A DNA stretch of 64,000 nt, from the IMG/VR virus record IMGVR_UViG_3300031088_000782, positions 192,001-256,000 of that record; one strand, 5' to 3'. How positions within the stretch are numbered: the stretch's first letter is position 1; the number at the start of each line of letters is the position of its first letter. Made by a program: the position numbers and the translations under genes. Origin of the DNA: a virus (Duplodnaviria > Caudoviricetes). The notes under the pieces are model-generated. The model had not been told where the DNA came from. It saw nothing but the letters and a program-made list of their open reading frames with translations, and made no database searches. Shown here in pieces: positions 10,170-19,780 of this stretch.

Positions 10170-11198
10170 TCTGTTGTTCAAAGAAACATCATTTTCGGTG
10201 CTATTATGAGGCCGGAGAGTTGGCGCTTCCTTGGGATAGACCTGAAAAAAGTTGAACTTTCTTCCTTTCGCGCTTACTCAAATGTTGTTCTAGGTATTGC
10301 AACAGAAATCGAAGATGCGCTAACTGTTTTGCGTTTTGCTCAACAAACAATGATGAAACGTTATGCAGAGATGGAACAACTTGGAGTAAATAACTTTTTG
10401 GATCTTCCAGAAAAAGGACAAGCTTTATTGGTAATGGTTGACGAGGCTGGTGAGCTTCTTTCTCCATCGGGTGTGAAATCAGAAGAAGCTAAGGCTGAAG
10501 ATGAGCTTAAAGGCGAGGCAGCTATGATTATTGGCTCGGTAGCGCGTTTGGGAAGAGCGGCGGGAGTTCATCTTGTAATTGCCACTCAGAGGCCGGACGC
10601 CAAGATAATATCGGGCGAAACTAAGGCTAACCTTGGTGTTCGAATTAACTGTGGGCGAACAGATTCCAACGCTTCGTCAATGATTTTGGGAACTGGTGAG
10701 GGAACAAGAGTAAAGGCTAATCCTCGCGGTCGTTTATATTTGAGAATCTATGGTAGTGGTAATCATGGGCAAGGATTTTTTGCTGACCAGTCTTGGATTG
10801 ACGAATATTTGGCAAGTAAGGGATTGAACCCTGATGGGACAGAAATCAACAGTGGAAAGAAGTCTCGTTTGGCTAATGTCACAGATATGTCTCAGTTCGA
10901 AACTGGCGATTTGGATGCTCGTGAGGGCGTAGACAATTCGTCAATTATTGAGCAAATCAGAGACGAAGAGAGCGATGAGAGTTTCAATAATGTCATGAGT
11001 CAAATTGATGGAGACGAGGAAGAGGACGATGATTGGGGATTCGATGATTCTGATGATACTTCTTCAACTCAACACGATGACGGAAAACTTGGTCGACCAG
11101 AATTGGGAACAGGAGAGAAAAATCCTGATAAATTTAAGAGACCAGAAGAGTCATGGGATCTAGATCTGGAAAGTTTGATTGAAGAAAACAACGAGTAA
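10050..11198 (+). CDS. Split-intein C-fragment fused to the C-terminal half of an FtsK/SpoIIIE-type (TcpA-like) ATPase
   Basis: First 40 aa end in ...RCIEVDSPDRLF...FVTHN|S; then IDLKKVEL, Walker B LLVMVDEAGEL, GRAAGVHLVIATQRPD; Walker A absent; acidic tail. Confidence 0.85.
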   Translation: MKIKSIKEIAPEPARCIEVDSPDRLFAAGGEFGNAFVTHNSVVQRNIIFGAIMRPESWRFLGIDLKKVELSSFRAYSNVVLGIATEIEDALTVLRFAQQTMMKRYAEMEQLGVNNFLDLPEKGQALLVMVDEAGELLSPSGVKSEEAKAEDELKGEAAMIIGSVARLGRAAGVHLVIATQRPDAKIISGETKANLGVRINCGRTDSNASSMILGTGEGTRVKANPRGRLYLRIYGSGNHGQGFFADQSWIDEYLASKGLNPDGTEINSGKKSRLANVTDMSQFETGDLDAREGVDNSSIIEQIRDEESDESFNNVMSQIDGDEEEDDDWGFDDSDDTSSTQHDDGKLGRPELGTGEKNPDKFKRPEESWDLDLESLIEENNE

Positions 11199-11264
11199 TA
11201 AGCATTTTCGCAAATATTTCGGTAAAATAATAAAAGTATAGAAAGTGTTATTTGAGGAGATTGT

Positions 11265-13259
11265 ATGCGAATTTGCAAACGTTGTGATAAAGAATTCACA
11301 CCTACCAAAGTTAATCAACAAGTGTGCGATAATCCTCATTTTTCTGTGTGTGAAAATTGTGGGAAAAGCTTTTCTTGGAGTAAGAGGAAGAAAACGTGCT
11401 CTACTGTTTGCACTGCGGAATTGAGAAAGAAGAATTCAAAAACAATTTCTTGCCAATGGGAAGGGTGCAACGGTTCTTTTCCTAATAATGGACGAACAAT
11501 ATACTGCGATAAAGAGCATACAAAAACTTGTGAAAGCTGTGGAAATGAATTTACTGTTGTAAACATGAATAAAATTTCTCGTTCATGCTCTCAAAGCTGC
11601 GCATCTGCTTTATCTCATAATGATTCTTCAAGAAAAAACCGCAAAGACAACAGTTTGAAAAAATATGGAACTGAATTTGTTACTCAAGCTGATTCTGTGA
11701 AGAAAAAAATCAAAGATGTGCTTGATAATGATTCTTCTAAAGATTTTCGTATTGGTAGTAAAAACTTTTCTCAAACTATTAAAGAGAAGTACGGTGTTGA
11801 CAATGTCAGTTCTGCAGATGAAATAAAGCAGAAAAAAGTTCAATCTTCATTGTTGAAGTATGGTGTTGATAACCCAATGCAGAGCAAAGAGGTTAAAGAC
11901 AGATTCAATAAATCTATTTTTGAAAAATATAATACTGATTTTTCATCTTTGGGACATAAGTATTTCAAGAACAATAACAATAATTTCACGTCTCCTTCGC
12001 AAATTCATATTAAAAATTTTTCTGAGTGGAAAAGTTTTGACAAATGGGTTGTTGATGAATATAATAAAACAGGAAAATTGCTTAATGTCGAAGAGGTAGC
12101 TAATTATTTCAATGTGCATCCTTTAACTATCCTTGGGAAAAAGAATAAGAATTTATTACAAAAATATTTTGAAGCTTCCATTGTTTCCAAAAAAGAGAAG
12201 AAGTTTATTGAATTCGTTGAACAAAATTTTCCAGATCTTCGTTATAAGCGAAACGATAGAACTGTTATCTATCCGAAAGAGTTAGATTTCTTTTTTCCAG
12301 ATCATAATCTTGCGGTTGAGATCTCTCCTACTTCCACTCATTTCAGTTTAGATGATTCTCTTGTTGATTCGGAAATATTGTTGAATTATTCTGGATGGAG
12401 CACTCCCAAGGATTCTGATTATCATTTGCAAAAACTATTGAAATGTGAAGAAAAAGGAATTGAACTTATTACTGTCTTCGATTGGATGCCTTGGGATAAA
12501 GTTGTTGAGATGATATCCCATAAGTTGATGAATGCTTCTCGAAAGATCTATGCCCGTAAAACAAAGGTTAACAGTATTGTCAAAAACCCGAACAATAAAT
12601 TTTCGAAGAGTTTGAGAATTTTGGTAAATGATTGGCATGTTTTGGGGTTCAATTCTAGGGGCACTGATTTCTATACTTATTTGGAATATGATGATGAAGT
12701 TGTCGCTGTTGCTTGTTGGGGAAAGCCACGAACTTTGAATATTCGTTCTTTGAAGAATAAAAGCGCAGATTCCAGACAAAAAGATAATACCTATGAACTT
12801 GTCCGAATGTGTTTTAAACCGGGGTTTAGTGTTCCTGGTGGAGCCTCAAAGTTGTTGAAGAATTTTTTGAGTTATATGAAAGAGAGCAACAATCAGGTAG
12901 ATAAATTAATTACTTTCAGCGATAACGATTTGGGTTCGGGAAACATCTATTCAACTATTGGGTTTGAAATGATCAATGTCCCCCAAGCTGGAAAAAATTA
13001 TGTGAATCCTTTCTATATAAAGAACAATAGCACTGATGAGTTGTTCCGAATTAAAGATACAAGTTTGCATTTTGCTGGTGCTGACAGGTTGTTGAAAAAT
13101 TTTCCTGGTTATGAATCTGTTGGTATGGAATGTAAGTGTGCGGACGAGTTTCATGAGAATGGATCATGTTTGCCGAATAATGAGCAGATTGTTTTGTCTT
13201 ATGGGTTCTTGCCTGTTTATGACTGCGGTTATAAGAAATGGGAATATATTGTCAATTGA
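11265..13259 (+). CDS. Homing-endonuclease-like protein, same architecture as 8076..9971
   Basis: N-terminal CxxC repeats, KYG repeats, KELDFFFPDHNLAVEISPTSTH, C-terminal ELVRMCF...VPGGASKLL...TFSD...GF. Confidence 0.75.
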   Translation: MRICKRCDKEFTPTKVNQQVCDNPHFSVCENCGKSFSWSKRKKTCSTVCTAELRKKNSKTISCQWEGCNGSFPNNGRTIYCDKEHTKTCESCGNEFTVVNMNKISRSCSQSCASALSHNDSSRKNRKDNSLKKYGTEFVTQADSVKKKIKDVLDNDSSKDFRIGSKNFSQTIKEKYGVDNVSSADEIKQKKVQSSLLKYGVDNPMQSKEVKDRFNKSIFEKYNTDFSSLGHKYFKNNNNNFTSPSQIHIKNFSEWKSFDKWVVDEYNKTGKLLNVEEVANYFNVHPLTILGKKNKNLLQKYFEASIVSKKEKKFIEFVEQNFPDLRYKRNDRTVIYPKELDFFFPDHNLAVEISPTSTHFSLDDSLVDSEILLNYSGWSTPKDSDYHLQKLLKCEEKGIELITVFDWMPWDKVVEMISHKLMNASRKIYARKTKVNSIVKNPNNKFSKSLRILVNDWHVLGFNSRGTDFYTYLEYDDEVVAVACWGKPRTLNIRSLKNKSADSRQKDNTYELVRMCFKPGFSVPGGASKLLKNFLSYMKESNNQVDKLITFSDNDLGSGNIYSTIGFEMINVPQAGKNYVNPFYIKNNSTDELFRIKDTSLHFAGADRLLKNFPGYESVGMECKCADEFHENGSCLPNNEQIVLSYGFLPVYDCGYKKWEYIVN

Positions 13260-13366
13260 GAAAAATCGCTAGTTTAAATTTGCGTAATATTTTTAATGTT
13301 AATTAAGCGTTTGATAATTAGATTAAACAGTTTCACGTTTTTAATACTGAAAAGAGGAGCTTTGCT

Positions 13367-14317
13367 ATGAATTTTGATTATTTTGATAAATCTTTGGGTT
13401 GTTTTCGTGGGTTGGCTGTCGGTGATGCACTGGGAGCCCCCGTAGAGTTTTCTCAGCGTGGTTCTTTTGTTCCTGTCACAAGTTATCGACCTTCTACTTT
13501 TCACGGCTTAAATGCGGGAGAATGGACTGATGATACTATTATGGCTCTTTGTTTGGCCGAGTCGATGATTGAGAGTAACGGATATGATTCTTTTTCAGTA
13601 ATGTCTTCTTATGTGAAATGGTACAAAGAAGGATATAATTCTCCCAAAGGAACTTGTTTTGACATTGGGAATCAAACAAGCACTGCTTTGGATATTTTCA
13701 TTGATTCACCTTTTTTAGATAAAAGTTCACAAACTTCTTCAGCAGGAAATGGAACAATTATGAGATTAGCTCCTGCATCTATTGTGTCTTTAAATTTGTC
13801 GGATGAAGATTCTAAAAAACTTTTTACTGTGAGTGCTTTGGATACACACAACAACAGTGAGACGATTGAGTCGACTATTCTTTTTGGGTTTATCCTCAAG
13901 GGGTTATTGAGCGGGAAAGATAAAAATGAATCTTTTGATTATGCAGTAGACTTGACAAATAACTATAATAATGTTGCAGACAATGTTCTTTCTGTAACTG
14001 ATGATACTGTTGGTAACAGTGGATATGTTGTTGTTTCTTTGGCTGCTGCTTGGTGGGCTTTCTCTACGACTGATAGCTTTAAAGATGCTGTTTTGAAGGC
14101 GGTGAATCTTGGCGGTGACGCTGACACAATTGCAGCTATTACAGGGCAATTGGCAGGATCTTTCTATGGAGATTCAGGCATTGATGAAATACTTAAATTA
14201 GGGCTTTATCAAACTGAACGTTTTGAACGATTAGCGAAATCTTTGTTGGAAGTAGAGCATGGTGTTATCAGGACAAGATACGAAAACGATACAGTAATTG
14301 CTGATAATTTTTTATAA
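13367..14317 (+). CDS. ADP-ribosylglycohydrolase (DraG/ARH family)
   Basis: GLAVGDALG, WTDDT, GNGTIMR, NLGGDADTIAAITGQLAG. Confidence 0.92.
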   Translation: MNFDYFDKSLGCFRGLAVGDALGAPVEFSQRGSFVPVTSYRPSTFHGLNAGEWTDDTIMALCLAESMIESNGYDSFSVMSSYVKWYKEGYNSPKGTCFDIGNQTSTALDIFIDSPFLDKSSQTSSAGNGTIMRLAPASIVSLNLSDEDSKKLFTVSALDTHNNSETIESTILFGFILKGLLSGKDKNESFDYAVDLTNNYNNVADNVLSVTDDTVGNSGYVVVSLAAAWWAFSTTDSFKDAVLKAVNLGGDADTIAAITGQLAGSFYGDSGIDEILKLGLYQTERFERLAKSLLEVEHGVIRTRYENDTVIADNFL

Positions 14318-14432
14318 AATATGGCAAAAGATTGTTGATAAAATAGTTTGTATAAAGTTTTGAAATAAATTATTAAATGAATTTATTTTTTAACTTTTTG
14401 GTAATGTTTATGAATAGATATACAACTATGTA

Positions 14433-15359
14433 ATGAAAACAATTTCTAAGGAAGCATATATGGCTGAAAATAATGTTGATGAGAGTAAAAATCCTAAACC
14501 TGCAAAAGTGGTGGTTGTTGTCAAAAATTATCCAATGAGAAATAGGGTTGCTTCTATTTTCTCTTTGCCGTTTTTAGTTTTAGCTTCTGCTATTTTTTCT
14601 GTTCCGCTTTTGCTTTTTGGAAAATTGGGGCTTTCTGCTGCTTTGACTTTGACTGTCGTATCTGAGATTATTATTGTTATTTTGGCATTGAATTATATTG
14701 ATCAATTGAAAAATTGGGCAAAAAAATTACGGTTAAATAATTTCAAATGGAGTAATGTGTTTATCGGCATTGGGTTTGGCTCTGTCATGTATTTCTTGCT
14801 TCAAGGGTTGGCAATAGGCATGAACTATTTGGGGATGCCTATCGTGTCGAGTGATACAAGTGTTGCTATTACTTCTTCAACTGGTTTGTCTTATGTTATT
14901 GCTTCCTTTATTCTTGCTCCTTTCATAGTTCCATTTGTTGAGGAGTTGTTTTTCAGAGGGTATGTTCTTGGGTTCTTTTATGACTCTTTCGAAGTTAAAG
15001 AAAAAATGCTTAAAGAATCTAAGAAAAAAATAAAAAATATTAAAAAACAAGAAAAAGATGACAGCGAAAAATTCGATGAAGAATCTAATTCTATCGTTTT
15101 TACTGAGGAAGAATTGAAAAATAAGAGCAGAAAAAATTGGGCTGTGTTTTGGTCTTTGTTGGTTTCTTCAATTGTTTTCAGCTTAGCTCATTTTCAGGGT
15201 TTATCAGATTCGACAGATATTTTCTTGTTGATTTGGATTGCGTTTATGGCATGTGTTAATGGTATTCTGTTTTTGAAAACGAAAAGTATTTACACATCTT
15301 TCTTTTTGCATATGACTTATAATGGATTGACTCTTCTTGTCCCCCTTCTTCTTGGCTAA
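14433..15359 (+). CDS. CPBP (CAAX protease/Abi) intramembrane metalloprotease
   Basis: Multiple TM helices, EELFFRG, FSLAHF, HMTYN. Confidence 0.88.
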   Translation: MKTISKEAYMAENNVDESKNPKPAKVVVVVKNYPMRNRVASIFSLPFLVLASAIFSVPLLLFGKLGLSAALTLTVVSEIIIVILALNYIDQLKNWAKKLRLNNFKWSNVFIGIGFGSVMYFLLQGLAIGMNYLGMPIVSSDTSVAITSSTGLSYVIASFILAPFIVPFVEELFFRGYVLGFFYDSFEVKEKMLKESKKKIKNIKKQEKDDSEKFDEESNSIVFTEEELKNKSRKNWAVFWSLLVSSIVFSLAHFQGLSDSTDIFLLIWIAFMACVNGILFLKTKSIYTSFFLHMTYNGLTLLVPLLLG

Positions 15360-15529
15360 AATCTTATCATTAAATCTGAATTCGAAGACAAGAATACATT
15401 AATATTTTTTGCTATAATCGTTTCAAAATGTTCCATAATTTAAAATTTAATAATTCAGTAATATTTTCGAAATTTTTTGTTGTTGATATAAGTTAACGAC
15501 AGCAGAAAACACGAGAAAGGAAAGTTATT

Positions 15530-15784
15530 ATGAAAATAGGATCCGCAATAGTTGTTTTTGTTTTAGGGGCAATCATGGCTTTCGCTGTGAAAGACGTTAT
15601 TCCTAATGTTAATCTGGAACTCATTGGGTTTATTCTTATGGGTGCTGGTCTTGTTGGTTTTCTTGTTACTTTGTTTTTCACAATGTATAATTCCAAAAAG
15701 GTTTCTACAACTAAAACAGGAATAGATGCAGATGGAAACAAAGTCACAAAACGAGAGTCAGATGGGATTGATAATTCGTTGTGA
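15530..15784 (+). CDS. Small two-TM protein resembling actinobacterial DUF6458
   Basis: MKIGSAIVVFVLGAIMAFAV...NLELIGFILMGAG pattern; strong RBS. Confidence 0.65.
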   Translation: MKIGSAIVVFVLGAIMAFAVKDVIPNVNLELIGFILMGAGLVGFLVTLFFTMYNSKKVSTTKTGIDADGNKVTKRESDGIDNSL

Positions 15785-15832
15785 AATTCTAGAATTTAAA
15801 AATATTATATAATATGTTCTAAATTAATTACG

Positions 15833-15885
15833 AATAACAGTTTCGAAAGTAGATTTAAAAAACGACTACTTTTGGAACTGTTATT
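15833..15885 (+). terminator. Imperfect hairpin followed by a T-run
   Basis: aataacagtttcgaaagtag / ctacttttggaactgttatt then tttttt. Confidence 0.6.
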
Positions 15886-15951
15886 TTTTTTATTTCGTTA
15901 AGATATTAATATGTATAAAAATCATTTTTAAAAACGAAAGAAAGAGGAAAA

Positions 15952-16281
15952 ATGAATATTTCTCAATTGCAAAAAGGCGAGTTTGCGTGGAGACCTAACA
16001 GAGATATTTCTGATCATGATTATGATGTTGTCTGTAAGTGGAATGGGCCATCTATCACGTCTTTCAAACTTTCTGAAGAAACTGTGATTGCTTGTGTTGT
16101 TGATGAACCTCAACCAAATGGAAAAGAAACATGGTTTTATGTTTCTTTAACAGAAGAAGAGTCGGATTTTTGGGAAACTGCGATGTTTGACGATGTTTTC
16201 GATATGATTGATTATATTGAAAAACTGACTAAGTATTCTGACAGATTAATTGTTGAAGTTGAGGATGGAAGAATAGCGTAA
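15952..16281 (+). CDS. Hypothetical acidic protein
   Basis: 109-aa ORF with GAGGA RBS. Confidence 0.7.
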   Translation: MNISQLQKGEFAWRPNRDISDHDYDVVCKWNGPSITSFKLSEETVIACVVDEPQPNGKETWFYVSLTEEESDFWETAMFDDVFDMIDYIEKLTKYSDRLIVEVEDGRIA

Positions 16282-16363
16282 CCTTAATAATTTGTTCGTA
16301 GGGATTTTCTAATATATTATTTTAAATTTATTTATATTGCTCAAATATTTAGAAATTCATAAA

Positions 16364-17218
16364 TTATTCAGCAATTATTTCCACAAATGGTTGAACTTCA
16401 TTATGTGCCTCATTTTCATAACCAGGATCCATAAACAGCATCCAGTTGTTTTTCTTATTATCAAGTGGAGCAATAGTTACTAATTCGTTTTCGTGGATTT
16501 CAGCAATATTTTGGAATTCAATGTCAGTGCCAGGGAAAAATCCTTGAATATCATGAAATAAATAAGGAAAAATATGCCCGACCGCTTGGTTAAATGTTAT
16601 TGAATTGATTTTGTTCCATAAAAACCATGACTCATGAATGCCATGTGACCAAATTGTTCCTGTGGGAGAGCTAATGTCACGCTCGATTCCCATCATCAAA
16701 CCAGGTTTATGAATATCTTCCAAAGGCAAAGATGAAATTACATTATTGTATTCTTCTACTGCATAATTTCTTAAAAACTTCTCCCAGAAAGGAAAAGAGA
16801 TTCCAGCGTGAGAAAATATAAGAGGATCCTCCAAAATATATTCTTTGTTGGAGGTTTTGATGATCGCACCAGCTGTAATAGTGTAAGTAAATTTCAAAAA
16901 TCCGTCATTATGCCAGCGTTTTAGAATTGATTGAGAAAACTCATTTAACAATCCTATTTTTCTGAAATAAACTCCACCTAAATACTGAGCTTCGTGATTA
17001 CCCATGATCTGAATCCACTGACCAGGGTTGATAATACGAATCTTTTCAACCATTTCTAAAATTTCTTTACTTTGTGGCCCTTTATGAATCAAGTCTCCAC
17101 AATGGATAATGATAGTGTTTTCAGGCAAATATAAGTCCTTTGTCATTCCTGCTTTCAATAACCCTCTATACAATTGCTGAAAATGTCCGCCTGTATCTCC
17201 GAAAACTATATATCTCAT
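16364..17218 (-). CDS. Calcineurin-like metallophosphoesterase
   Basis: GDTGGH, GDLIHKG, MGNHE, FSHAG, VGH motifs in the canonical order. Confidence 0.85.
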   Translation of the reverse strand: MRYIVFGDTGGHFQQLYRGLLKAGMTKDLYLPENTIIIHCGDLIHKGPQSKEILEMVEKIRIINPGQWIQIMGNHEAQYLGGVYFRKIGLLNEFSQSILKRWHNDGFLKFTYTITAGAIIKTSNKEYILEDPLIFSHAGISFPFWEKFLRNYAVEEYNNVISSLPLEDIHKPGLMMGIERDISSPTGTIWSHGIHESWFLWNKINSITFNQAVGHIFPYLFHDIQGFFPGTDIEFQNIAEIHENELVTIAPLDNKKNNWMLFMDPGYENEAHNEVQPFVEIIAE

Positions 17219-17451
17219 CGTGTCAATCTACCAGCCTTTGTCATCTCTTTGTTCTTTTTTTTAAAATTTTAATAAATGTTCCATAAGTTATATCTTTATG
17301 GAGCCAATATTCTTTTCTAATAAATAATGACAATCTTAACTTTGACAATTTCTGTTTCAATGTTGATAAAATAGCTAAAGAATAATTTATAAAAAATAGA
17401 TGAGCAAATACAAAAAGAATATACGTAAAAGAAAAGGTTGAGGTAGCGAAT

Positions 17452-18429
17452 ATGATGGATGAATTAGACGAGAAACTTGTAATTATGGACAAAGATGGAT
17501 TACATGTCAAGTCAGAAAAAGTTGCCGAAAAACTTGAAAAGAAAAACATTTCAGCTTCAATGGTGACAGGATTAAACCAATGTGCTGCTAAATGGCTCGC
17601 TGATTCCTTCGTTATTCGTGAACTTGTTGAAGAAGAGCCTGACAATGCAGCGAGACGTGGATCGCTATTTCACAAAGTTATGGAAGATTTCTTTGAATTG
17701 GAACCAGAAGCAAGAACACAAGCACAAGTGAAAGAAATTGTTACGCAAACTTTCAAATCAGAAGAATTTGCTGATCTTGCACAAATTGAAGATGTTCATG
17801 TATGGTTGAGACAAGCAATCAACAACTACTACTCAATGGGCGCAAACCCACAGAAAGTTCAAATTGCTGAAATTGTCATGAAAGAAGGAGAAGCCCCGAA
17901 AAAAGGCTTGGAACTGTTTGTCAAAGGAAAAATTGGCAACGCTAAAAGAGAAGTTCTTGGATTTATTGATCGCCTTGTTGTTGATGCAAAAAAAGATGAT
18001 GGGTCTGTTCTGATCGAAGATTGGAAATCAGGAACCAAGCCAAAGAAATGGAAATCACACACAAAATCGGATGAAGGTCTTGCCGAACAAAGACAACAAT
18101 TGATTTATCGAATTCTTCTTGAAAATCAGGGAGTGAAAGTTTCAGGAGCACGTCTCATCTATCCTGTTGCAAAAGAAATCGTGAATGTTGATTTCAACGA
18201 TCAAGAACTTTTCGATAGAGTTGTCAAAGATGTTGAAGAAACAGACAAAGCCCTTGATGCAATGATTGAAAAAAACACATTCGAATATACGCCATCATTT
18301 TTGTGTGCTTGGTGCCCACTGTCTCGAATCTGTATGTCCGCAACGATCAAGCCATATCCAAAAATGCAAGAAGCTTTCGCAAAACAACCTGATGCTGAAG
18401 TATTGCTAAAAGGTATTGAATTAAGATGA
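17452..18429 (+). CDS. RecB/AddB/Cas4-like PD-(D/E)XK nuclease with a probable 4-Cys Fe-S clamp
   Basis: QCAAKW, RGSLFHKVME, GFIDRL...IEDWKSG, C-terminal CAWCPLSRIC. Confidence 0.85.
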   Translation: MMDELDEKLVIMDKDGLHVKSEKVAEKLEKKNISASMVTGLNQCAAKWLADSFVIRELVEEEPDNAARRGSLFHKVMEDFFELEPEARTQAQVKEIVTQTFKSEEFADLAQIEDVHVWLRQAINNYYSMGANPQKVQIAEIVMKEGEAPKKGLELFVKGKIGNAKREVLGFIDRLVVDAKKDDGSVLIEDWKSGTKPKKWKSHTKSDEGLAEQRQQLIYRILLENQGVKVSGARLIYPVAKEIVNVDFNDQELFDRVVKDVEETDKALDAMIEKNTFEYTPSFLCAWCPLSRICMSATIKPYPKMQEAFAKQPDAEVLLKGIELR

Positions 18430-18436
18430 TTTTATG

Positions 18437-18487
18437 AATAGGATAGTATCTTCAAACAGATTAGAACCTTGAAGATACTATCCTATT
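18437..18487 (+). terminator. Hairpin after the nuclease gene
   Basis: 19-bp perfect arms aataggatagtatcttcaa / ttgaagatactatcctatt. Confidence 0.75.
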
Positions 18488-18565
18488 TTGCAAAAACTAT
18501 TGAAAATCATCTGATATTACAGTTAACCAACAATTTACACAAATATTCAACAATCGTCTAAGGAA

Positions 18566-18922
18566 GTGTATTTTATGAATGAGAAAAATGAAATACATGA
18601 TGAAACAACTGAATCTGGAATTGTTGAAGGTTCCGAAACCGTTTTTAAAGAAAATACCGATGACGAGAATATTAACAATGATTTCCATCAAGACGAGAAT
18701 GTCATTTATAAAAAAGAGAAGAATCCTTTCATAAAGATCGGTCTCTGGCTTGTTGGATCTATTACTGTATATTGTGTTGTGTTGTTTGCTGTGGGGTTCA
18801 TTATAGGTTTGAATGGGCTGAGACCACCTACTGTTGATCCTGATGCCATACAGAACCAATGGTATAAAATCACAGGTGAACAGCCGCCAACAGATCATTC
18901 ATCTGAACTTGATAAAAAATAA
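18566..18922 (+). CDS. Single-pass membrane protein with an acidic N-terminus
   Basis: One TM helix IGLWLVGSITVYCVVLFAVGFIIGL. Confidence 0.65.
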   Translation: MYFMNEKNEIHDETTESGIVEGSETVFKENTDDENINNDFHQDENVIYKKEKNPFIKIGLWLVGSITVYCVVLFAVGFIIGLNGLRPPTVDPDAIQNQWYKITGEQPPTDHSSELDKK

Positions 18923-19049
18923 TCATTGATAAAATGTTGATAAGATGTGACTATAAGAATGGATAGGCGCACACTCACAGATTCAATAGTTGTTATTAAA
19001 TTTCCTATCGATTTATATACAATTACTATCAACAGAGGAATAGTTATTT

Positions 19050-19634
19050 ATGAAAAAAGCAAAACAAGTAGATTTTCCCCAAGATCGTCATTTAACTTCT
19101 GAAGAATATGAAGAACTTTCGAAACACGCTTATAACAGTGCTTTATGGTATGTGACCAATTACAATAAAAACAGTTATCAGATCCGAACTAAACTCTACG
19201 ACAAAGGATATCTTAAAGATGAGGTTCCTGTTATTAAAAATGATGAAAAAACTTATCATAATATTGTTGAAGAAACCATTACAAAATTGAAAGATTTCAG
19301 TTATATCAATGATGAATCTTATGTTGAGAGCGCAATTTATTCGGGGTTAAGAAAAGGGAAAAGTATCTCATCTATTCGCACAAAACTTTTTCAAACCGGA
19401 CTACCGAAAGATCTGATTGACAAAGGAATGGAAAACTTCAGCGAAGAAGCGCAAACAGAAATGGAAGATGATGCTCTTGACAAAGCAGCTTCGAAAATCG
19501 TAAATTCATATTCATTCACAAAAATTACTGATCCATTCAAAGCGAAACAAAAAATAGTGCAGTCTTTGGCAACAAAAGGATTTCCTATGGGAAAGATTTT
19601 CGAATGGATTGATGAAAACTTAGATTTAGAATGA
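19050..19634 (+). CDS. recX: RecX-like regulator
   Basis: Three-helix repeats: ALWYV...IRTKLYDKG, KLKDFSYINDESYVES, KGKSISSIRTKL, QSLATKGF. Confidence 0.75.
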   Translation: MKKAKQVDFPQDRHLTSEEYEELSKHAYNSALWYVTNYNKNSYQIRTKLYDKGYLKDEVPVIKNDEKTYHNIVEETITKLKDFSYINDESYVESAIYSGLRKGKSISSIRTKLFQTGLPKDLIDKGMENFSEEAQTEMEDDALDKAASKIVNSYSFTKITDPFKAKQKIVQSLATKGFPMGKIFEWIDENLDLE

Positions 19635-19780
19635 ATTATTGAACATTCCCTAACTTTTATTAATTAATTTTTATAAGATTTTAGCCTATCGAATTCAATC
19701 GGAATAAAATGTTTTGTTGATAATAAATTATAGAGGAAAAATAAACAATATATGTTTCAACAATAAATCAAGGAGGACAC

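Noticed and set aside
17452-18429. Cas4 as part of a CRISPR-Cas system
   Set aside because: No cas1/cas2 or other cas genes and no repeat-spacer array in the window; fits a stand-alone RecB-like nuclease
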